A program made the translations under genes and the position numbers. The notes beneath the pieces are model-generated. The model ran no database searches. It worked only from the letters and a program-made list of their open reading frames with translations, and had not been told where the DNA came from. A stretch of 58,195 nucleotides of DNA, filler included, from Sphacelaria rigidula (Eukaryota): NCBI GenBank assembly GCA_964200075.2. It is 5 parts of 5 records of this genome, joined end to end, with 100 filler letters (N's around TTAATTAATTAA, not from the genome) between each part and the next. Parts side by side here need not be neighbours in the genome. Positions count along the whole stretch, not along the records: positions 34,980 to 46,537 come from CAXNAA020004783.1; positions 46,638 to 58,195 come from CAXNAA020004784.1; 3 more parts are not named here. The stretch is one strand, 5' to 3'. Shown here in pieces: positions 39,201-50,000 of the stretch. Every line of letters starts with the position of its first letter. The stretch's first letter is position 1.

Positions 39201-40621
39201 GATTGCGTGGCGATTTGTGCGGCGGGTACTGCGGCTATGCTTCCCTTGGCATCTTGGCGAGATGAGCGTCGTCGTCGACGACGCTGGAGCAGGAAGAGGA
39301 ACTGGTTTTCCAGCATGGTGAGGAGGATTAGCGGCACGGAGATGACGAATGCTGGGACGCAGAGAGAGAATGGTGCGAACGGTCAAAGAGTGGTTGAGCA
39401 GTTGGGCGGTTTGGTTGAGCGGTTCAATAGTGTTGCATGTGTGACGGATGTTCAAGGGTCCTCTTCGTGCGGTTGCCTTGGGCGTAAGCGAGGGGGGGGT
39501 GGGGGGGGGTACTCATGGATCTTGCATGCCAGGGTCATCTGACCATTGACGTCGCATCCCTGCAAAGCCGGGACGGAGCACGCCGGGTTTTCGCCGGACC
39601 AGGCTCGCATCTTTCTGGAGGGAGTGTCGCGTTCAAATCTAGCCCCCTACCAATACAACAAAAAACAAGTATACCTGGAAGAGTAGCTGGTGAGTGACTA
39701 GAAAGCAGAGTCTCACAAACTTACGGAAAAGTCTTCGGCAACATTAGTTGGCTTGGCGACCCAACACACGCAAAAGACATGTGAAAAATAATGGGACATG
39801 AATATCCATACCACTAGCCGACGATGAAGGTGACCTTCACAGCGAATCATGATCAAAGAACGCACTAAGAGGGTGATGAAAGGGGAGGGGTGATGTGGAA
39901 ATCACCACAACGAAGGGGAAGACTCCTGCAAATATCCGTCCAGGTATCATCACCTCTTCACGACAAGAGACCATGCGGACACTGTCCGTAGCCAGCTTCA
40001 GTCGCGAGGTGTTGGGTGAGTGAGGGTCTAAATCCGATTGTGTCATGGGCTTTCGGTATTACTTGTAGCAACGGAAGGAAAATGTAGAGAACTGCGCATG
40101 CACTGATGTCACGCCCGGCGGTTTTACAGCAGACACAAGAGGCACAAATGAAATAAAGAAACGGGGGGAAGAGCTGGAGATGTTCACGGTGAAAGGGGAA
40201 CGGCGCTCCTTCAAGCTTTTTCATCAGACACGTATATATTTGATTGGTTGATTGTCGCACTTCAACCGACCTCCCGGGGATCCAGCCGTGGTCACAAAAT
40301 TGAAAAACTCGCTGAAGAAAAAAGAAGAATTAGAAGAAGGTAAAAACAGAGCAACGGCACACCAAGAAGAAACGAAACAAGAAAAAAGAAAAAGAAAAAT
40401 CACACTGACATTCAAGCGCAAGTTAAAGAACATATGAGCCGAACAGTATGAGATACACCGACAGTCGTTGAGCTGCTGCACTCACCCAGGAAAATTACAA
40501 AAAGAAAGCACGCCGGCGCGCGAAAAAAGAAATCGATGACCGAGACCACGGCCCAAGGTTGCGACTGCACGGGCTGGATCACTAGCTTCGCCGCCAGGTC
40601 TTCCACCTCTCGCCGCAGGCC
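36299..40621 (-). CDS. 1-acyl-sn-glycerol-3-phosphate acyltransferase (PlsC/LPAAT family), partial. Exons 40621-40486, 39351-38888, 38214-38122, 36403-36299.
   Basis: The spliced product is in frame (phases 1, 0, 0). It has a TM segment FRAPACFLFVIFLAFVISVPLILL, motif I FSHVSTLD (HX4D), K-EELFALPIIGWIMASHGGVPINR and motif III APEGTRSKTGQLGPFKK. First and last exons were not identified. Confidence 0.9.
36420..36660. repeat. CAA/CAG/CGA trinucleotide low-complexity tract with a short duplication
   Basis: Runs of (CAA/CAG/CGA)n and a duplicated TAAATGCCCACAGCAATGTCAAAA unit, in an LPAAT intron. Confidence 0.8.
37218..37895. mobile_element. Repetitive palindromic MITE (CAGGGCT...AGCCCTG ends)
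   Basis: Short TIR CAGGGCT/AGCCCTG. The interior is built of ACGTCACA/TGTGACGT/TAACGT motifs in both orientations, with ~58-60-bp tandem units at ~37480-37700. Confidence 0.7.
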
Positions 40622-40634
40622 CTGGGCGCATACA

Positions 40635-40857
40635 AGCAGCAAGTTGAGATCGAACACAGAACGCAAGAAGAGGGGTGTTTTGATTCACTGTTACGTATTC
40701 TAGGGATACGTGTGCCCTGACTGTTCGAGAGACCTTAACCTCAACCCTAACCCTAACCGCACAGGTGAGTTGATCGACTTCTTGTTCTTGAATCGCCATT
40801 ATCGTTCCCATCAATGGCTGGAAGTCAATCATACCGGTCGATCATATCCTGCTGCTG
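40635..40857. mobile_element. MITE with an internal telomere-like (TAACCC)n
   Basis: Imperfect TIR AGCAGCAAGTTGAGATCGA ... TCGATCATATCCTGCTGCT, with internal ACCTTAACCTCAACCCTAACCCTAACC. Confidence 0.6.
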
Positions 40858-43085
40858 CCATTAACGGGGCAATCGCGAAATAAAAAAAACGACTCCTGAG
40901 CCACCTAGTGCCGGACGAAAAACGTTGTCCCTACTTCGCGAAAATCTACGACCCTGGCGAGCAGGTTGTCCTACATGCATCTTCGTTGCGGCGCCATTCC
41001 GAAGTGTTTCGCATTTGCTGCAAAAACTCTCCTCCATGTTCGTATCCATGTAAATGTGTTAACCCTTTAACTACCACGTCCTACTAGCAACCGAGGAGCC
41101 TGGTCGAGGATGGTCGTTAGCCGCTACATGGCCACGGCATGGGATACCACTGGCTAGCAATATTTTCAGCTCGACGGTCATAATGTCACATGCAATATGC
41201 GCGGGTCACAATGTGCAGCCCTGTACCGTAGCTGCACTGCACAGAACAGTGATGGTGACACTATTTTAGTACAGCTGACAGTCCTGCCACTTGGCGGCAT
41301 ATCATTTTTGCGAACAGAATGAACGTGTTTATCACCACATCATATTGCCCAACCCTTGAACCGCGAGGGTAGTCCATCTGGATCATCATACATACTTTTT
41401 CTTCGAAGTGAAATTGATGCCGATTTACCTCATCACCTACTCTCGTCGTCTAAGGGTCAACTCGACTGCCAGCATGTATGCCCGTGCAGCAGCGATGACG
41501 CGTGCTCAGCTGATCGAGTAGTTCATGGGCGGGCACATATGGTCACCACAATATTCGCCGCTTACTTGGCTTCTTTGAAAGCAAAAAATACGGCAGAAAC
41601 AGCATCCTCGAGTGCGCCGAGGGCCTTCACTGGCAACCGTGACGAAGGATGACCGTCACGCCACGTACTGCTTACGCTACCACCGCCGGTTGCTTGGAAT
41701 AGAGGGTGTACTGGATGAAGGCATCGCTGTGTCTACTACTCTTCGCGTGCTCGCTAGCCCTTTCCCCGTTGGTACACGTGGCGCCTTCTTTGTGCTAAAA
41801 AGTGTTAATCTACGCGGGCTACGTACTATTCTGTGCAGATACACCGGCCGCCGTGGAGTCCTCAGAAGAAGCCGGTGGCGAGCGCTGCTTTTTCTGCACG
41901 AAGATCGACTAAATAACTCCCCAAACCTACTTGGATGACCACCAATGTACTCTTAACCGTGCGTTTTCACCCGGTTTACAGACGTTGCATCACCTGGGCA
42001 GACGATTTACCCTTCTTGGCAGCCCATCCGTCGGCGCTGATTTTTGGCCGTTTTACGTTGGTCGGTGAGTATAGTACCCATGGGATTGGTTCAGGCTCAA
42101 TCAAATAATTATGTACTAGGTAGTATAAGATAACACTGCCTGTAAGTCCACACACGGTTATTTGTGCCATGGGAGCTACCGGATTAAAGGGAAAACGGCA
42201 GATCCAGCTAAGCCTATACGTATTCCCACCAGTTTCAGGTACAGTGTACGGATGGCATCAGCCGGTCAGATTTTCAGCCGTGCGATTGACCGAAACTGCA
42301 GCGTGCCGGTTCGTAGCGGAGAATGCGCCAGGAATACTTGAGTCTTTCGTCTCTCATCCCAACCCTATCGTACCTAAAAATCCTCACAATACCTTCATGT
42401 GGCGGACATTGTACCCAAATGTGGCAGAGTCCAAGGGGACGACATGGCATATTTTAGCCCTTCCAACAGTCGCAAAACAGCGGTGGTCGTACACTTTCGA
42501 GTTTCTCCCACGAGGTGCGCCCGCTCAAGAAGACAGCAGTGAGTGCACTGCACCAAGTTGACAGGGAATTTTAGTTGGTCGGGCTTCCACACTGCCTTGA
42601 GCAAAGCTTGCGGACGCTCGAGGCGCCTGCCCCGTATGACTGCCGTGAGGCGGTCTAGCCGAGCTTCCGGGTAATCGGCACACAAACCCGCTTGCGGGGG
42701 TAAGTATTGGGTCAGGTTTCCACTTTTCTCCATGGGAAAGAAAAAAGAAGACGGCACGTGTTCCGATCTCCGAACAAACTCATTTCTTTTCGCGATAAAA
42801 ATATTGGTATTGGAACGAGCAGAGAACATCTGTCGGACGTGTTCGACGTAGTTCATCAGCCTGGGAGACGGCAATCTCCAAACTCGATTTTGACCTAGAC
42901 CGCGGGGGCCACGCTGCCGACAGTTGTGCTCCTGGAAAATATATCACGTCCAGATCACTCGGCAGCGGGATGTTACGGCAGTCCGGAGCCTTGCTTTGTG
43001 GAAGAATCGAGCTTCGTTCCTACGCATCCCGGATGGTAGCACATACTTTCACTCCGTGACTTGCAGTAGTGAAGGACAGGGTTAA

Positions 43086-44842
43086 CCCTTTTGGAACCGT
43101 TGATGAAAAATTGACGCTCCACATTTGACGTTTTTCCGGGCAAGAAATTGTTGTTTTTTCTACAGCCTTCGCGCAAACGATTTGCCCGAAGCATGTTTTC
43201 CAGACCCGTGCGAATGGAGCGTGGAAGAAAAGTAAATCATCTACTTTACGGGTATGACGAATTGTTCGACCAGTCGGTGTTTTGTAACCCCCGCAAGAGT
43301 GCATGGCTGACCTTTCGTGAAGCAATCTTCTCGCCGCACCTACAGTAGATGCTTTGTGCCGCATCACGGCAAGCCCGCGCCTAAGTTTCAATTACAAAGG
43401 CGACGCCGAAGGCACATTTACCTCAGTATTGCTCGCGTCTACTGTCTGTATTCGGAGACAGTCACCGTCAGGCCCTATGGGGATGTGTTCACCTCCTCCT
43501 CTGTGCTGCGCGTGATCATGATATTTTCCGCTTATTTCAAGTGTAAAGTCACGTCATGGACGTCACTGTACTCCCTCGTGCGCGTTTATACGGCACCACA
43601 CTGCGCTTTGATCATTACATAACGGCGACGAGGATGTAATGTACCCCGCCGTTATACATACTCCTGGTGCAGCGTAGGCGGGGGCCGTTACTTTGGCATA
43701 TCCGATACAGGCTGTCACTTGGTAGGCTGCTCTGTCTTCTTGTTTAACTACCCTGCGCCTTGTGCTCCACGTTTCCACGACACCACCTCTATAATGCGGG
43801 TTGATCATGCCTGAACGTTGCAGAGCCCCACTTTGTGCTGCGTGGGGTGTACTACTCCGGCTTGCGCTCTCGCGTTCGGATCGTCTGTCCTCATGGGCGG
43901 CGTTGGGGTTTCATGCAATGATATTACACACCTTCTGTCTTCTTGCATGGAAGACCGTCACATCGTTATTAAGTTATACTGGACTGTAATGAAGTGTGTT
44001 TACTGACTGTAGTTATAGTTGGGTTAGCTGGTTGCGAATGGCTGTCCCGGTCGGTTGTCGTCCGTTTGCCAGTATGTCGCCTGTCTGGACGCTGGCAATC
44101 ACGTCCGTCTGATGCCTTCCACATAATCCTGTGTGCCTCGCAGCGTTTCTCTTGCTGCGGTTACTGTGCTGACGTTCGGTAAGCGAGCGGGTGCGCCGGT
44201 GTGCGCCGGGGGGCAATGGGCTGCACCAACCGCTCTTGCAGCTTTTTCAGCCGAACGCCTGGCAGCGTCCTGGCCGTACTTCTCAGCCAGCTCTTCCAGC
44301 TGAACGTGAAGTGCATATGGGTTACTCTTCAGCGCTTCCCCATGTGGCGGCGGGATTTCCACTTGCTCCGCCACATCATTGTCGCCATGTAGAGTGGCTT
44401 CCTACGCTCGCCAAGTGTTGATGATGCAGTCCACCAAAACGGTGCACCACTCTAATTTCAAGGATACTAGTGCGTCACTGTAAGTTCAAGTATACCGATG
44501 TGACATATTCGCGCACCGACCTCAAATTGAGGTATTCCCCACTGACACAAATCACATATATGAGACTTTGTACTGTTTTGCGAGAGTTCTGTCGATGCAC
44601 ACACTTGGACACACTTCGCCCGTCGCGTGATATCATTGGACAAACCTAACCCGACCGCTCCGGGGTTTCATTTTCGGTACATCCATGACGTATCCATGAC
44701 GTATGCTTCTGGAGTCTTCTTTGGTCTTCCACAGTAAAAATGGTTGCCGTCAGTCCTTTCTGTTTCCATCTTTTCTTCTTTGTCAGAACTTGAAATGATG
44801 AGGCGTGTGGCTCGGGGATGAGAGGGGAGGATTCCAAAAGGG
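43086..44842. mobile_element. Non-autonomous piggyBac-like element
   Basis: TTAA|CCCTTTTGGAA ... TTCCAAAAGGG|TTAA: a perfect 11-bp TIR with a TTAA TSD. No transposase was recognised. Confidence 0.65.
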
Positions 44843-46477
44843 TTAATTAAAAGTCTGTCGGGACGGTAAGCCGCGGTCCGGAGTCACAACTGAAATGTTG
44901 GTCGAAGCGTACGGGACGTTCATGAGTTTTCCGAGTAAAACAACTGCTCGTGGCGACACCAGGTGGTAAGATATTCATGCAGCCAGGGCTACTGCTGTAC
45001 GTGAACGCAAGGACTGGTGATGTTGGCAGGAGAAGAAAATGTACTAGACCAGGCTGACCGTTGCGTCCCGGTGGTCTCGAATCCCGACGGTAATGGGTCA
45101 TCTAGATGGTTTCCGTCGTGGAAAGCCTGAGAACGTGAGTTAACGAAGAGATTCGATCTAAGTCGGCGGGATGCGGGAGTGCTGATGGTCATGATCAAAT
45201 GCCCATTGGTGAATTGCGATGCAAGTGTCAAGGGAGGGATAGGCTGATCCCGTAACACCACGGACTTGTCCCAAAGAATGAAAGGGGCTAAAACAAGAGT
45301 ATGACGAAAGTAAGGAAGAAAATGTATCCTGTATCTGACATTGATGGTGTTTGTTTGGCGGCAGGGAGAAGTTTTCCGGTACCCCGGTTCACTGCAACTT
45401 CGTTCGCGTCGTAGTAGCACAGAAGAAAAATAGCTTCCCTGCCGCCTGCGCTAACCTTCGAGATATCTTCAGAGAAAGGCACAGAACCCGAGAGTATTCA
45501 CAAGTGAATGATGCACGGAGGACAGAAAATAGTACACCCACCTCGCTCAACCATAGCAAAATGCTGTCCCTCGCCTTTTGGCTATTTCATTTTCTTTTGC
45601 ACCACTTCTGCAGAGCGCCCATGTTCTGGCGTCCAACTACGTCTACGACATTTATCGTCCGAAAACTCGCGGGACTGTCAGCGGAGCAAATGTCGGGACA
45701 GAATCCCAGGGTAATCAGTAGGTGAGAGATGCTTCGTACGGCTACAAGTTTTCGAGATTGCAAGACCAATGCGAACTTTCAATATCATCTCCAGTCGTAA
45801 ACCCCGCACCAACAAAATAGTTCAAGGAGGCCTAGTACCTCCCAAGCTGCTTCACTCTTCTCTACTCCCTACTCGCACTCAGAACTTATGCACTATAGCC
45901 CATGATGACGCAAGGAAGGCGTGACCACACGTGTGCGCCACGATGCAGTACAGTGTTACAACGTACCGTTCAGTACCAGTCAGGTGGGGTCCATAAGTTG
46001 TGACTGCTGAGCGCTGATCAGGTGAAGCATGCTGGAAACCGTACGCTTGGGCAGATGGCAAACCGCAGCTCATGAAAACAAAATCTGAGCCAACTCATAT
46101 ATGTGCGCCATTCACGTAGCTTGTTCCCATCTTCGAAGGCGATCATCAATCTTGACTGATTTCAGAACCACATACATATATATATATATATATATATGGA
46201 CACGGATTACGTCGGGCTAAGGCCGTCTCATCGAGACAAAAAAAGAAGCGTGAAGAGGAACAAGCGTCCAGAAACATGATTGATCGCGGGGCTGGTCTAT
46301 GATTGCGGCGAATCATCATTATGCTACTTTCGGACGCTTGTTCCTTTTCCCGCTTCTATTCTTGGTTTCGATAAGGCCGTGTCTTCTTTCATTTCGATTC
46401 ACGTGTAGATTTTGGATCCCCAAACAAGCCACTTTTTTTTTTTTGGGGGGGGGGGGGGGGTTATAAAAAAAAATATA

Positions 46478-46508
<31 letters not shown>

Positions 46509-46537
46509 CCACAAAAAAATGTTTATTTACTTGTCAA

Positions 46538-46637
46538 NNNNNNNNNNNNNNNNNNNNNNNNNNNNNNNNNNNNNNNNNNNNTTAATTAATTAANNNNNNN
46601 NNNNNNNNNNNNNNNNNNNNNNNNNNNNNNNNNNNNN
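46538..46637. other. Artificial contig linker
   Basis: N44-TTAATTAATTAA-N44. Confidence 0.98.
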
Positions 46638-47046
46638 GGGATGCGTGGTCAGTGTTCAAACGACCAAGGCAAGCAACAAATGAGTACGCCCCCCTCCCCC
46701 CGCCCGCTCCAAATGATTCGAAAAAGCGGCTAGCGCCATCTCCGGATGCTTTCGCAGTTAGCGCCAGGCAGTTACGAACGTTTGACGGGGTTCGTTTTTA
46801 ACAGCAACGTGCTATAACGGCTGTGCGGCCCATTCAGGAGCCTCTTTTGTTTTTTTTTACCAGATGCTCTAGGGGTATTTGCTAGCTTACTGCTGTACTG
46901 TGCTGTACTGTACAAAACAGTTCGTTTCCCAGCAAAAAATAAAATGTATATTGTGCCATCCTCGAGGGTCTCAGCACACTTCCCTCGCCGGTACGGATGT
47001 GATCAGCGCGTATCGCGTATCTCTTCCGCCCTCACTAGTTCCTCAC

Positions 47047-50000
47047 CCCAGCATTAGCGACCGAAAAACCACTCTTGTCCCCGGCCGCAGATCCCCTCAT
47101 CGCAAACCCCGTGCTGCCATCCAATGCCGTGAGGAGATTGAGCGGAGACGAAATCGATGCTCCGCCGAGAATGACATAGGTTGCTCCGGCGGAATTTTCG
47201 GTCGGGTCGGCCAGGGCGTGTCCCACGGCTACATCTCCGTACCCGTCATCGTTTATGTCCTAGGGCGGGAAATAACAAGGACAAACAAGACACGCACTCA
47301 TCGCTCGTTTGTTGAGCAACTGATGGTGGGGGCGGCGAAAGTCAGCATACAACCTCACGCCATTTATTCATTTGACGGATTCGGACCCATTCCCTGGCGT
47401 TGACGGTGTGGGGGACGAGGTGATACACTCGACCTCTTCGAATTTTCGAGCTGCAGTTTCCGAATCCCTGAAGTCAGACGAGAATCCCCTCTCATCGGGG
47501 AAGTATTGCGAGCGGCATGCGAGCGTCGGGTTACTCTTCTTCCTCACTCAATCACCGGATCCAATATTCATGTTCCCCGTTTTTTAGTGCTGCGCAAGAC
47601 GAATGTCCTGCGCTCAAATTTAAACCGCATGGACTTGCCGTCCCCACAATTATGCTTTGGTGCAGCATGAGTACTTAAATCAGCACCCTCCCAAACGACA
47701 ACACCTAAACTCCCCCAGATTTCTCCGCAGACCCTCGGCCGGTGATATTGTTCCGAAAAAGAAGCAAGGAGCCAAGAGGCGAACTTTCTGAGAATCCCCG
47801 TAGACAGACAAGGACGTCTGGCAGTCGTTGGAAAATGGTGCCTATCCGAAAGACGGACGCTTCTGGCCGTTCTAGGGGTCAACCCGCATGGTCGGAAACT
47901 GCTTGCGTTGTCAGTCGAAAGTCCGTAGAGCGCAAGTGATCATTTGCTTTCGAGGGCCTGTCGGTCAGCACTCCGTTGTGATCAACGATCCGCAGGCCAC
48001 TATTCTGTCATGAACTCTAGAACGCGTACGCCCATAATACTTCCGTGCTGTACGACTCGTAGGCGGGATGCGGTGCTTGTTACATTTTCAGCAATCCTTC
48101 TATCCAGCTCTGTTCATTAGGCGTTGTACAACCTCATACTCATGCATGATTTTGTTTGTGGTTTGAGTCTAGCCGCCACTCAAAACATTTGTGTGCACTC
48201 TGTCCCTACTACTACTACTACTCCTCCCACTACTCCTACTACTCCTACTCCTACTCCCACTACTACTACTACGACTACTACTACTACTACTACTACTGGC
48301 TATCGCATGTAGTAAATCCTCACCCCGACACCAGCCACAACGATCGTGTCACCATCGTTCCCGACCGTCATGACGAAACCGTCCGTCCCCGACAAGACGT
48401 TGAGCGCGTACGTAGTCGACAAGAACGTCGGAGCGCCGTAGAACACGTAGGCTTCGCTTGCTCCGTACGCCGCCACAAGCACGTCAGAGTAACCGTCATC
48501 ATTGACATCTTTGGAGACGTTGGCCGTGTTTTTGTTTTTTGTGACAACGTCGATGGGAGTGGCAGGTAGCGGGAAGGGGGACGAGTGAAGGGAGTAAACA
48601 GCATCACGGACATGCGATTTGTAAGGTAAACCTTTGTTATGTGAGCTGTAACATGACCAATACGTCACCGGCGTTCTCAGCTGCTTCGAGGGGGTGAAGT
48701 ACTGCGTTCAAATGAATGAAACTGGGTACCAAGTTGCCTACGAGGGCGTGTAGAAGAACAAAATGGCGACACCCATCGAGCATCGAACTATTTTTTGCGC
48801 TGCGGCATGTAGTGCAAGCCATTTATGTACGGTAGACTCGCCGCCGCGCCCCGGTGGTGTAATGGTCCGACTGTCACCGTTAGGGTGAACAGAACGGTGG
48901 TTCGATTCCCGATGCGTTGGGTTTTTTCTTCGCAGTATCTGAGTTCCACCGTCGAAAGCATGAGTACGTGAGTAACCAAAAAGTAGTTGACTGATTTCGT
49001 TCGACGGGAGCTACACAACAGTAGTTAGCTGAGTTTGTTTGACGAGAGTTGACGCGGTGCGGGAGTGCTGATAGTCATGACCCAACCCGCGAGACCAATA
49101 TACAACGAGGCGTTTACCGGGGAGAGAAGAGTTGATCCCTTGAGACCACGGGATCGTCCCGCGGACGGGAAGGGGTTCTAAGTGCGGCAAGTAAACAAGA
49201 GATGATGAGACACAGAATCGCATGACATCGACTACTTTTACGCGTACGAGTGTACGCGCAATTTCGTCCAACTCCAATTGTTGTGGGCAAGTACAACAGT
49301 TTTTCGACGAGCTGAAAATAAAAAATGTCAACTATAAGTGCTCTTCATCTGAACCATTGATTGAGAATTCGTCCTGATGATCGCGCGTACACCGCACCTC
49401 CGGCTGCAGCAACACTGTATCCCGCGTACTCTCTTCGCTCTGCCCCCTGCAACGTAATGCCAGCTGCGCCCATTTCGGCGAGATCCACCGTGTCATCGAC
49501 CCAGGTCGTTGACCCAAACACGATGTAAGCAGAGCCAGACATTGATCCTTCGGGATCCGATTTGTATGCGCCAATGAGAACGTCGGCGGCGCCGTCGTTG
49601 TTGACATCCTGCAAGAAAGCAAACGCACGAGTCAAGCGGGATGAGATCATGCTCGCACTAACCGTATCTACATACATACAACGTAGAACCATACAGAGTA
49701 TACACACCGTTTTCCGTGCTACAGCAACCTTCAGCGGTTAGGCTCATTATTATCGACGCCGCTTTTTTCAGACATGCCCGAATTTTTCGGAGTTTTCGGA
49801 CTCTGCATTCAGACTTCTCCGAGAACGAAGCGGCTTGATTTTTTCCCGAAACTTCGTTGTCAGAGAAGCCCAAATTTTTTTAACTGCAACGCAGCACTTC
49901 GGAGAGCTGTAGTGTGAATACGCCGCGGCGCTCGCAAGCATTCGAGAATCATCAGGTACCTTGCCAGTCCCGACAACTTCGGAAATCTCCGGAAAAAGAG

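Noticed and set aside
38664..39542. Longest ORF in the window (292 aa, + strand)
   Set aside because: It is the antisense shadow of the minus-strand LPAAT exon 39351-38888 and has no recognisable domain.
41976..42170. ORF MAQITVCGLTG... as the first LPAAT exon
   Set aside because: It has a phase-0 GT option (CAG|GTGATG) but no homology evidence, so it cannot be supported without transcripts.
48156..48569. Poly-Tyr, poly-Leu and poly-Thr ORFs
   Set aside because: They are translations of the (TAC)n microsatellite and antisense to an FG-GAP exon.
48845..48925. Functional tRNA gene
   Set aside because: A/B boxes are present, but no convincing acceptor or anticodon stems could be paired by eye.
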